Origin: Macrostomum hystrix
Taxonomy: Eukaryota; Animalia; Platyhelminthes
NCBI GenBank assembly: GCA_950097015.1
Contig: CATNEN010000039.1
Span: 20,894,001 to 20,958,000, forward strand
Reading direction: 5' to 3'
Length of the DNA stretch: 64,000 bases
Notes under the pieces: generated by a model
What the model was told of the DNA's origin: nothing
Seen by the model: only the letters and a program-made list of their open reading frames with translations
Database searches by the model: none
Translations under genes and position numbers: made by a program
Shown here: positions 12,621-24,300 of the stretch, one piece after another
How positions within the stretch are numbered: position 1 is the first letter of the stretch
Layout: each line of letters starts with the position of its first letter

Positions 12621-13340
12621 CATTTGAAAGTTCCGTTGTCAGACCAGTTGAGTATACTTCTGTACTGTTAGTCAAAGACGGTGTAAGCAATGCTTGTCAT
12701 TTTCTTCTGTCAAACCGTCTGTCAGCTTGTCAGCTGTTGGTTCATCAGGAAAGAATTCAAGAGTAAAAAAATAATAACAAGTTTCTAGACTTAGCAATTC
12801 ATTAATCGTGTTTGCTCGCTTGTTTGTTTTAATTGTTTGTGCCATCTTAAGATGGTTACTTTGTTCTCGGTTAATTATATTACTGTGCTCTCTATAATTA
12901 ATTGATGTGCTCACGGGGCTACTCACGCAGTTTACCTATTTTTAATATTGTTTCATCATTAGTACTAAAAAATACAAAATATATTGTATGCTATTTTGTT
13001 TTATACACGCTAATAAATATAGTGTGCTGTATTAAAGAGACATCTAGCACATTGCTTAAGATGAAAACTTGAATTTAGTTTTTTCTCTGAGACTGTTGTG
13101 TTATTAACTTCTTCTCGTTTAGTTTTGTAACAGTAAACCATTATTGTTGGTGAATATACTAAGGGTTGTCAAAAAAGTTTCTAGACTAGCGTTAGTTATA
13201 GTTATCTGATACAAAGACTAGAAACAGAGATTAGTGACGCTCGCTCTCTGTCAAACCATATCTGAATGTTTTTTGGTCATCCTCATTCTTGCAGTGAAAA
13301 TATTGAAAATACTATACCTTTTCAACTTCGGATTCGTCAA

Positions 13341-13525
13341 AAGTGACTTCGAATTCTTCAGCGTATAAAACTATAGAGCGCTCAAGGGAATGAGAAGGGG
13401 TGTCTATGGTAATTTCTTTCAAGAAAGTGACTTCGAATTCTTCAGCGTATAAAACTATAGAGCGCTCAAGGGAATGAGAAGGGTTTCTATGGTATTTTCT
13501 TTCAAGAAAGTGACTTCGAATTCCT
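13341..13525. repeat. About 84-bp tandem duplication (2.2 copies)
   Basis: aagtgacttcgaattc occurs at 13341, 13425 and 13508. Confidence 0.85.
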
Positions 13526-13819
13526 CTAAGTAAGTGAAATTCGTCAGTGCCACGAATATATATATATTGTCAATCGTGAAGTAAAACAGCAACTAAACAA
13601 ACAGAACAGGAAAACAGACGCATAAAATCACGCTTTAAAGTCGCTTGAACAGGTTAACACACTGTAGTCAGTCCAAAATCTCTCCGTGTGCCAGACACCG
13701 CGGTCCGTACCGAAGTGTGAATTCGTGCCATTGTCGGCATTTCTCCTCCGTGATCGCAACCATCGCAGCTTCCACTTCTCGACTCAAAATGCGAAGACGC
13801 CAGTTCTGAAGTGTTCTAA

Positions 13820-15870
13820 TTTGAGAAGAGGCACAACCTTGGCAGATGTCCAGGTGCTAGGAACGATACTGGTGGTGAGGCTCAGGTTGAAAAGGCAGCA
13901 GAGGAAGGCAATTCCCCTTGGTCCAAGATGCTTCAGGACGATTGGGGAAAGGCCATCCGGTCCGGTGGCTTTGGACGGCGAAGAGCTTTTGATGGCCGAC
14001 GTGACGTCTCTGGACGTGAGCAGGAAGCCATTGGTGGGGGAAAGCCTGATGTCCATTTTGAGGCGTCTGTCGTCCGGGGTGGCCGGATGAATTTGGTCAA
14101 AGAACTGCCTGTTGAAGGCCTTAGCAATGCTTTTGGGATCAGTTAAAGGAAGCTCGTCAAAAAGGATTCCAGCGGAGTTTTCTTTGTGGCCTTTACCGCT
14201 GAGGTTCTTGATGGTTCACCACAGTTCAGAGACCTGGTGCTTGATGCTGAACTGCTCAAGCTTTTCCCTCCAGTTCGCCCGGCGAAAGTTGGAGCAGATC
14301 TGGTTGATTTCGTCTTGAATGATGGTGATAGCTTCCGACTGCGGGTTGTCCGTGCGAATGAGGTCTCTTTGCTTGCAAAGGGCGTCGGCTTCCGGTGGGA
14401 AGTAAGGGCGAAAATGTTGAATTTTTCCGGCTGGGATGTGGTGCTTAGCTGCTTGAAGGACAGCTTGCCTGAAGGCTTTCTCTCCAGGATGAGGATGCCT
14501 GGGAGCAGGAAGCTTCTCAAACAGGTCTTCACATTCAGTAGTGAATTTCTCCCAATTTGCCTTGTTGAAGTTGACAAAGGAGCGTTGAGTAGCTGGCGTC
14601 GGGGACTCCACGGTGCTGATAGTAAGCAGAATGGGCAGGTGGTCCGAGCCCAGCGTGACAAGGGTCTCCCACTCACAGGATATAAAGATGTCGAGGGTGG
14701 CGAGGCTAATGTCCGGAGAGGTTGGCTGCCCGGACTGGGGTAGCCGCGTAGGAGCATCTTCATTGAGGACAGCGACGCCTTGTTCCAAGAGGAATTCCGC
14801 CAAAAGTTCTCCCCTGGAGTCGGAGAGGGGCGAGTGCCAGAGAACATTGTGCGCATTGAAGTCGCCAACGACAAGGTGAGTCCCGTGCGAGGTGTCTTCT
14901 AGGAAGGAAGCAGGGTCAAACTGGTAGTCGGCAGGACAGGAGCTGGCCGGTGGGACGTAGCAGTTGTGAATTCGTAGGCTGTCTTGGCCTGAGACGATGG
15001 TAACAGACAGGCGTTCGGCGGGTTGAGTGGCATGACTTGGCAGCTTGGCAATGGAGTGATAATTGAAGCCAGATTTGATGAGGATGCATAGGCCACCGCC
15101 TTTGTTGTGCTGCCTCTCAAGCCTGATGACATCAAAGCCGTCCAAATGAAGCTTGGAGTTGGGCCGTAACTTGGTTTCTTGGACGGCCGCCACATCAATC
15201 TGTCTGCTGCTCAGGAGATGGCTGAGCTCGTCACATTTACCGTTGATGCCATTCAGGTTGATTTGAAGGACTTTAAAGTCGCTCGAGTTGTCGACGTGAC
15301 TGATGGTGGTGGTGCCGCTGGAGAGGGGGGAGAGGGAGGGGGTGGGGGAGGGGGAGGAGGGACGGGGCGGGACTCGGGAAAGGGTGGGGAGGGACCGGGG
15401 GGGAGGAGGAAAGTGAGGGGTCGAGGGGGGAGGGAGGGGGTTGAGGTTGGGTGAGGGAGAGGGGATGGGAGGGAGGAGGGGCGGCCAGGCAGACTTTGCA
15501 GCGGAACGTGGTGGACCAGTCTTTGTAGGACGCAAGCTCGCTACACGGGCGCAGGTGAGTCCAGTGGAGGCAGGCATTGCATTTGACGGAGCAAGACGAG
15601 CGTTTGATGTTTTTGCCGCAGACGCTGCATGGCCAGGTGGCGGGACCAGGGTTAGGTTCAATGCCAGCGAGTAGCAAAAGCAGGCCGGATCAGAGTAGCC
15701 GGCAGAAGCTGATCCGCAGAGAAAAAGCCGATGTTCCCAGGAGTGAAGGTAGTGGCCCAGCGGGCCTTGAAGGAGGATCTGCAGCTCTTGGCCACCTTGG
15801 TGGGTGGAACCGCGACGGAGACGCGGCTGCAGTTTGGTCTCGTCAAGGTATCTGGTGGCAAAAGCCACCA
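13820..15870 (-). mobile_element. Ingi-like (I-group) non-LTR retrotransposon, 5' half only: 2A-like motif, PHD finger, AP endonuclease, start of RT
   Basis: LLLLAGIEPNPGP, then CSVC..KCNACLHWTH..C..CKVC. APE motifs QINLNG, VQETKL, GGGLC, NCYVPP, VGDFNAH, SPDIS, GSDHLP. RT start KATGPDGL..WTSAKVVPLLK. One frameshift in the C-rich linker and one in-frame TGA at 14216. Confidence 0.88.
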
Positions 15871-16546
15871 AAAAAGGCAATAATTTTCTTTTCACAAAAT
15901 TTTACCACGTTACCATACGGCTATTATTGTTCATTATATTGTTTATATTGATATAACAATATTTTATATTGAACCAATATGGATTCGCTAAAGAGATTTA
16001 TACAACAATGTCAGTTGTCCTTGTCACCAGGGTCTTCGACAAGAATCGCTGAATTTCTCGACGATGCTGTTTCCGTCGTACGGCTTTGAGAGTTAGTTCA
16101 ATGTAAAGGACGAAGAAAATGATCCATATGGTGGATATTCGCGAAAAATCGGTTACACGGTTAAGGAGCTTCCGTGAAGTAGGCAGTGGTTATTTGAAAT
16201 GTTTTTCCCCAGGGGGGGGATAGCCGGGTCTGTCTACTGTTAATAGGCGTGTCGGCTTCAAGAATGTCATGAATAGTGCTTCAAGGCAATCATTTTTGCA
16301 GGGCTATAGTTAAGATGTGAACTATATATTCATAAATAATTCTATTGTGTTTTTCAAAGCTTTACTAAATATTTTGTTTGACGGTATACTTATTCAGCTG
16401 TAGGTTACGCTTGGTTAGAACAAAAATGGCTGTTCTTAACATGCTAATGTATCGAGCGTTTCAAATGTAAAAATCACCTGCCAAGATCTATAATAGCTTG
16501 AGTTCCGAGTCACTGGGTGCCGCCTAAGTTTGCCCTCGGTCAGCCG

Positions 16547-17284
16547 TCACCGAGGACGTCCTGAAAAAGCTCGAAGTCTATCGCCGGCGGCGGCATCCCG
16601 GTCCTCGACTTCGCTGACTGAGTCGCTAATCTTGCTCCTCGGATTCGTGACCGCAGCAGGCCGACTAATTGGTCGATTAGAGCCTCTGTCCGGCTCTTCA
16701 GCGTTGCGGCAGCTCCAGTGAAGAGACTCGCGATGCTGATTGTGACGGTGCTGCTGCCTGTGATGTACCAGCTGGTGCTGCTTGCAGCTTGAAGCCTCCA
16801 GCTGCTGAGCCCGATTCTGGCTGCATGATGTGTGCTTCGGTTGTGGCCTCCTGACCTTCATAGTTGTTGAACTGACAAACGTCTTGCAAGCAGATTCAAT
16901 TCGACAGGCGGCGATCTTGTCGAACAGCACCTCCTGGGGAGCACACTGATGGCAACGACCGCAGCTGCAGCCAATGCCATCAGCCTTATCCACGTCTTCT
17001 TGATCCAAAGCGGAGCTTGCGCTTTGATCATCGTCCGTGCCAACATCTCGAAGCCCTAGTTGCAGTCTACATGCACCCGATTTGGCGCTTGTTTGAATTG
17101 TCTGATTGCTGGTGCAGGCAGGTGCGACATTCGCTGTTGAAGCACCGAACTGCGGCTTCTCTGATGGTTCTACTGACGCAATGCTGGGCCGTACAACAAG
17201 TATGCCGTCCTCTGTGACCCAGTTGTCCATGCGAATCGATAGTCTCAACTCGCTGGGCTGCATTACAACTGTTGACACTTTGAC

Positions 17285-17318
<34 letters not shown>

Positions 17319-17452
17319 TTTCTTCGCTTGTCCATCTCTAGCTTTCTATCATTAAGAGCCTTTTGAAATGCGCGCGACAGGTTGACGCAGTAGTCAAGAG
17401 TGCCTGAAGTGGCTGTGTCCCCTTCAAGCCTGGTGTCTGATACTTTCTCCAT
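16547..17452 (-). CDS. Uncharacterised 301-aa protein (poly-Q, Cys/His-rich), single exon
   Basis: Long non-repetitive ATG-initiated ORF with a polypyrimidine tract and AG 9 nt upstream of the ATG. No family recognised. Confidence 0.6.
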
Positions 17453-17670
17453 TTTTACGAGCTAAAGCCAAAGGAAAGGGAAAGGATTTTTAATTAGTTC
17501 GATCTTTCTTTGGCTTCAAATGGCTGCGCGCTGTATTAGTCAGGAAGTTTAATGAAAAAAGTTTTTAACATAGACTAAAATAGTATTTTTAGCGTCGATA
17601 AAACGATCCATAGTATATCGTTTGTAAGCACGCACACACACAGTGTGAGATGCTTTCCCTGTTCTTGCTC

Positions 17671-17720
17671 CTGATTGGTGGCCGAATTGCGTTTGGGTTT
17701 CGGAGTGCGCAGCCAATCAC
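17671..17720. promoter_or_regulatory. Paired CCAAT boxes, candidate promoter of the 301-aa gene
   Basis: ctgattgg and agccaatca in opposite orientations, about 220-270 bp upstream of the ATG. Confidence 0.4.
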
Positions 17721-18337
17721 CTCATTTCAATTTTTGTCTCTCGTACGACCGCCTCACTCCAAGCTATCCAGCACTTACTAACTACGTAAACAACCCATCG
17801 GTATAGTTTTGTCAGAGGGCCATTTAAAGAGTCGCGACACTCAAACAAAATATATAAAAAAATAAAACAAATATTTCATTTCTAGAAAATAAAGATAAAT
17901 AGTCTGTTTGTTTGAAATATGTTTGCATTATTCATATAAATTAGAAATCCAAGAATATCGCGTGTACAATTACATACAGAGAGTAATATGGATGTCTGGC
18001 AAAAAACAAGCAAGTAAATAAAACAAAATAAAAATCTAAAACGTATGAGCATTTTCAGTTCCATGTAGCTCTAGTCTTAATCATGCCACCGAGTGTTATG
18101 AGATTAACAAATACATTTTCCGCGCTGTGTAGCATGTACTTTTAATGCGTCTTCTTGAAGACTTGATGGCCAATCAAATTTTGAAGGCTAAATATTTCCA
18201 AGAAATTATAAAGTGTTGTGTCTTGTCTTATAACAATAAAAAACACAGATTAATAGCAAACACAAGAACATTTGCACTTTACACATTGGGCCTTCTCAGA
18301 ATCGATTAAGCATAAATGTAGTTTTATACTACAGCTT

Positions 18338-21300
18338 TCATTCGTCAGCTTTTGTACTTTTGCGAACCGCTATCTCGGTCAGGGTGCTGTTGAACAGGCC
18401 TCGCCTATAGCGATCCCAGGCTAGCTGACGATAATAGTTATCTTCAAACACGCCCTCATCCGGATAAGGTCTAGCAAGCTCTTTGACGTGTTTTTTCAAT
18501 AGTTCGCTGGCGTGCTGAACAAAGAAGGCCTTGTTGAATAGCAAACACTCCGAACCGTTGCTTATCTGTTCGGGTGAAATTGTGATAGCTGTTCTGTTAG
18601 ACAGTTGTAGTCTGTAGCTGTTATGCAGTCTATAGCTGTTCTGTTAGACAGTTGTAGTCTGTAGCTGTTATGCAGTCTATAGCTGTTATGCAGTCTATAG
18701 CTGTTATGCAGACTATAGCTGTTATGCAGTCTATAGCTGTTATGCAGTCTATAGCTGTTATGCAGTCTATAGCTGTTATGCAGTCTATAGCTGTTATGCA
18801 GTCTATAGCTGTTATGCAGTCTATAGCTGTTATGCAGTCTATAGCTGTTATGCGGTCTAGCAGCAACTAAAAGTAACGACTCACGTACCAGAGACACACT
18901 GGCGCTCTCTTCAATCTCCAAGTTCTTCTCGCCTTTGAAGACCACGTTAGACAGGCCCTGTAATGAGAATCGAATCCGTTTTTTTCATCTACTTGCTACT
19001 ATGAGTAGAGTTAAAGTACGATTCGGCAACTCACAAAAACATCGCCAGGCTTCAGGGTGCTGATCTGCACGGCCACAGATTTCTTAACCTGCGGTTGCGG
19101 CAAGCCTTGCTTCCTGGCAATCTCGTCAAAGTCTGGCGCCGGCTCTCGACTGACCTCAACCACCCGATTATTGTTGCCGAGGGCCGAGTTTAACGCAAAC
19201 CGCTTCTTGCTGACTGAAACGTCAAACAGCTGCTGCCGCTGCTGCTGCTGATGCTGACTGTCTCTAGGCAACTTCTCCCCTGCCTTCCTCAGGCCAGTGT
19301 CCACTTTGGGCTCTAGAGTTTGAGGCGATGATAGTACAATAATACTACCGAACGCGAATATGTACAAAGGTACACAACTAGACTCTCAGTGAGTCAAAAC
19401 TTGCAAAAGTACATTAGGATCGAAACTTAAAATTTCAAATTAGTAAAGAACTAATAATAAGTAGTAATGCTGCCACGAGCTACTACACAAAATTACAATT
19501 GCGTGTTATTTTTTATATCTACACCTGCCATTATTGGGCCACATTTGCAGTCGACAGCAAAGAAGCCGCAGCTATTGCGCTGCGTATCTGAAGGCTGCGA
19601 AGGCTGGAGTCGGGAATCGAACCCCTGACCTTCTAATTGTGAGTCCGATTTTTTTTTATTACACACACCTGCCCCAATTGGGTCAGATGTGCAGCCGACA
19701 GCACAGCCGCAGCTAATGCGCGGCGCATCTGAAGGCTGCGTACAGCTGTTCAGTCCACGGACTGGGGGACGCCACACCCACCTTCAATTATCCCAGCTGA
19801 TGCTGGTACCCATTTAACAGCTGGGTGAACTGAAGCAATGCAGAGTTAAGTGTCTTGCTAAAGGACGCAAATTGTTCCAGTCGGGGTCGGGAATCGAACC
19901 CCCGACCTTCAAGTCGTGAGTCCGACGCCCTAACCACTAGGCTACAACCTCTCTAACCACTCCCACCTGAGTCCGATGCTCTAGGCTACAGCCCCTATTC
20001 AAGTACTACTTAGTAAGTAGCGCTTTAGGGTCATTTTACCATTCCTGCCGATGTTCAGCTTGACCCGAAAATCGCTCCTCTCCCTGACGATGGTCGGCTC
20101 ATCGGTGTCATTCACGTCAAGCCTCTTGAGCACCTTGCAAGAGCCGGAGCGCACCACGATGATGTAATCGCTGGCCTTGCTGTCCGGCACGACGATGGCG
20201 TTTCGCCTGTAGAATGTGAGCAGGCAGGCGGTCGGCTGCTTGAGCAGCTGCTCAACTGGGAAGTGACGCATAAACTCGCAGCTAAGCAAGAACTCAATGT
20301 GGGCCGGCCTACGGCCCGGCTCGGCGCGCATGAAAATATCATGAAAGTCGTCCCGCCCGATGGCCAGCAGCTGCATCGGCGTCTGGCTAACGATGCTGGC
20401 TGTGCGGGTCACCTGGTGCAGCAGGGCGATCTCACCGAAGGACTGGCCCTGCGTGCGAGAGGGCCGATTGAAATGACATCTGAGCCACCTGATCCCATCT
20501 CACCTGATCCCATCTCACCTGATCCCATCTCACCTGATCCCATCTCACCTGATCCCATCTCACCTGATCCCATCTCACCTGATCCCATCTCACCTGATCC
20601 CATCTCACCTGATCCCATCTCACCTGATCCCATCTCACCTGATCCCATCTCACCTGATCCCATCTCACCTGATCCCATCTCACCTGATCCCATCTCACCT
20701 GATCCCATCTCACCTGATCCCATCTCACCTGATCCCATCTCACCTGATCCCATCTCACCTGATCCCATCTCACCTGATCCCATCTCACCTGATCCCATCT
20801 CACCTGATCCCATCTCACCTGATCCCATCTCACCTGATCCCATCTCACCTGATCCCATCTCACCTGATCCCATCTTACCTGTCCCAGCCGTGCCACTATG
20901 CTAGACCGGGTCTCGCCAGTTTCTCGATCCTCCTTCATGACGTTGACCAGTGCTTTGCCGCTGATGATGATGTAGAAATTGATGCCGTTGTGGCCCTGCC
21001 TAATAATTAGCCTACCAGCGGGAACTGTGTAATAGAAGGCCACCCGCGCCAGCTTCTCCTGAATGCCCAGCGGGTACTCGTTGAATGTAGGCAGGTTCTG
21101 CAGGCCGTACATCAGCGTCTGCACCTGCTCGGAGGTGCGATCCTGCGGCTCCAGCTGGAGGATGTACTTCATCTCGCCAGTCAAATCGATCTGGCCGAGG
21201 AGACACAATGAGAAAATTGAAGAGTTTAAAAATTCGTATGGGTTGAAATATTCGGAAGCTTAAAGAATGGCACAATGGGAAGTTGTACATACTAGTTAAA

Positions 21301-24300
21301 TGGGAAATTTGGGACTGGGAAAGTAAGGAGTTTGAGATTAAGAGTGGGAGAATGGGAGAATGGGGAGAGTTTCAATTGGGAGTGGAAGAATGGGAAGTCA
21401 GAGAATGGGAAGTGGGAGAATGGGAAGTGGGAGAATGGGAAGTGGGAGAATGGGAAGTCGGAGAATTGGAAGTCGGAGAATTGGAAGTCGGAGAATTGGA
21501 AGTGGGAGAATTGGAAGTCGGAGAATGGAAAGTGGGAGAATTGGAAGTGGGAGAATTGGAAGTGGGAGAATGGGAAGTGGGAGAATGGGAAGTCGGAGAA
21601 TTGGAAGTGTGAGAATGGAAAGTGGGAGAATTGGAAGTGGGAGAATGGGAAGTGGGAGAATTGGAAGTGGGAGAATGGGAAGTGGGAGAATGGGAAGTGG
21701 GAGAATTGGAAGTGGGAGAATGGGAAGTGGGAGAATGGGAAGTCGGAGAATGGGAAGTCGGAGAATGGGAAGTCGGAGAATGGGAAGTCGGAGAATGGGA
21801 AGTCGGAGAATGGGGAGTGGGAGAATGTGAGATTCAGTGGTGGTCGTTTGGGGTCTGGGAGTTTTTGATCGGGAAAGTAAGAGGAATAATTCTCTTATGC
21901 ACATATTAGTCCATATTACAGGATTCAAGTTGTATCAGTTGTATTAATATAGTTGTATCAGTAAGCTAGTGGTACAAGGAGAGGACAAAGTACAAGGGTA
22001 AGGTGATGCATCGGATGATAGAGACTGCAGGTGCAGTATCTACCCAGTAGATAGTTGCCACTTCCGAGAACGTCATTTTCTATTCAAAATCCAAAAATGC
22101 TCAGAGCCTAGCCTATTGTGGCATAAGGCAGTCAATTCGCACTCAAGTGTCCGACTTTTCAATTGTATCCGCCTGACAAACCTCACACCGCTGACAGCAC
22201 TAGGCAGTGTAAGACACCGCTCGCAAGTACGAGTATAATGCCCTCACCCCAAGATCAGAGACAGGTTCACCCCATGATCAGTGACAGGCTCACCCCAAGA
22301 TCAGTGACAGGCTCACCCCATGATCAGAGACAGGCTCACCCCAAGATCAGAGACAGGCTCACCCCATGATCAGTGACAGGCTCACCCCATGATCAGTGAC
22401 AGGTTCACCCCATGATCAGGGACAGGCTCACCCCATGATCAGTGACAGGTTCACCCCATGATCAGTGACAGGTTCACCCCATGATCAGGGACAGGCTCAC
22501 CCCATGATCAGTGACAGGTTCACCCCATGATCAGGGACAGGCTCACCCCATGATCAGTGACAGGTTCACCCCATGATCAGTGACAGGCTCACCCCATGAT
22601 CAGGGACAGGCTCACCCCATGATCAGGGACAGGCTCACCCCATGATCAGTGACAGGTTCACCCCATGATCAGTGACAGGCTCACCCCATGATCAGTGACA
22701 GGTTCACCCCATGATCAGGGACAGGCTCACCCCATGATCAGTGACAGGCTCACCCCATGATCAGGGACAGGCTCACCCCATGATCAGGGACAGGCTCACC
22801 CCATGATCAGTGACAGGTTCACCCCATGATCAGTGACAGGTTCACCCCATGATCAGTGACAGGCTCACCCCATGATCAATGACAGGTTCACCCCATGATC
22901 AGTGACAGGTTCACCCCATGATCAGTGACAGGTTCACCCCATGATCAGTGACAGGTTCACCCAATGATCAGTGACAGGTTCACCCCATGATCAGTGACAG
23001 GCTCACCCCATGATCAGTGACAGGCTCACCCCATGATCAGTGACAGGCTCACCCCATGATCAGTGACAGGCTCACCCCATGATCAGTGACAGGTTCACCC
23101 CATGATCAGTGACAGGTTCACCCCATGATCAGTGACAGGCTCACCCCATGATCAATGACAGGTTCACCCCATGATCAGTGACAGGTTCACCCCATGATCA
23201 GTGACAGGTTCACCCCATGATCAGTGACAGGTTCACCCCATGATCAGTGACAGGCTCACCCCATGATCAGTGACAGGCTCACCCCATGATCAGTGACAGG
23301 CTCACCCCATGATCAGTGACAGGTTCACCCCATGATCAGTGACAGGTTCACCCCATGATCAGTGACAGGCTCACCCCATGATCAGTGACAGGTTCACCCC
23401 ATGATCAGTGACAGGCTCACCCCATGATCAGTGACAGGCTCACCCCATGATCAGTGACAGGTTCACCCCATGATCAGGGACAGGTTCACCCCATGATCAG
23501 TGACAGGTTCACCCCATGATCAGTGACAGGCTTACCCATGATCAGTGACAGGCTCACCCCATGATCAGTGACAGGTTCACCCCATGATCAGTGACAGGTT
23601 CACCCCATGATCAGTGACAGGTTCACCCCATGATCAGTGACAGGCTCACCCCATGATCAGTGACAGGTTCACCCCATGATCAGTGACAGGCTCACCCCAT
23701 GATCAGTGACAGGCTCACCCCATGATCAGTGACAGGTTCACCCCATGATCAGTGACAGGCTCACCCCATGATCAGTGACAGGCTCACCCCATGATCAGTG
23801 ACAGGCTCACCCCATGATCAGTGACAGGTTCACCCCATGATCAGTGACAGGTTCACCCCATGATCAGTGACAGGCTCACCCCATGATCAGTGACATGGCC
23901 TTATCCCCCCACACCCTATGATCAGTGACATGGCCTTATCCCCCCACACCCAATGATCAGTGACATGGCCTTATCCCTCACACCCCATGATCAGTGACAT
24001 GGCCTTATCCCCTCACACCCTATGATCAGTGACATGGCCTTATCCCCCCACACCCTATGATCAGTGACATGGCCTTATCCCCCCCACACCCTATGATCAG
24101 TGACATGGCCTTATCCCCCCACACCCTATGATCAGTGACATGGCCTTATCCCCCCACACCCTATGATCAGTGACATGGCCTTATCCCCCCACACCCCATG
24201 ATCAGTGACATGGCCTTATCCCCTCACACCCCATGATCAGTGACATGGCCTTATCCCCCCACACCCCATGATCAGTGACATGGCCTTATCCCCTCTCACC

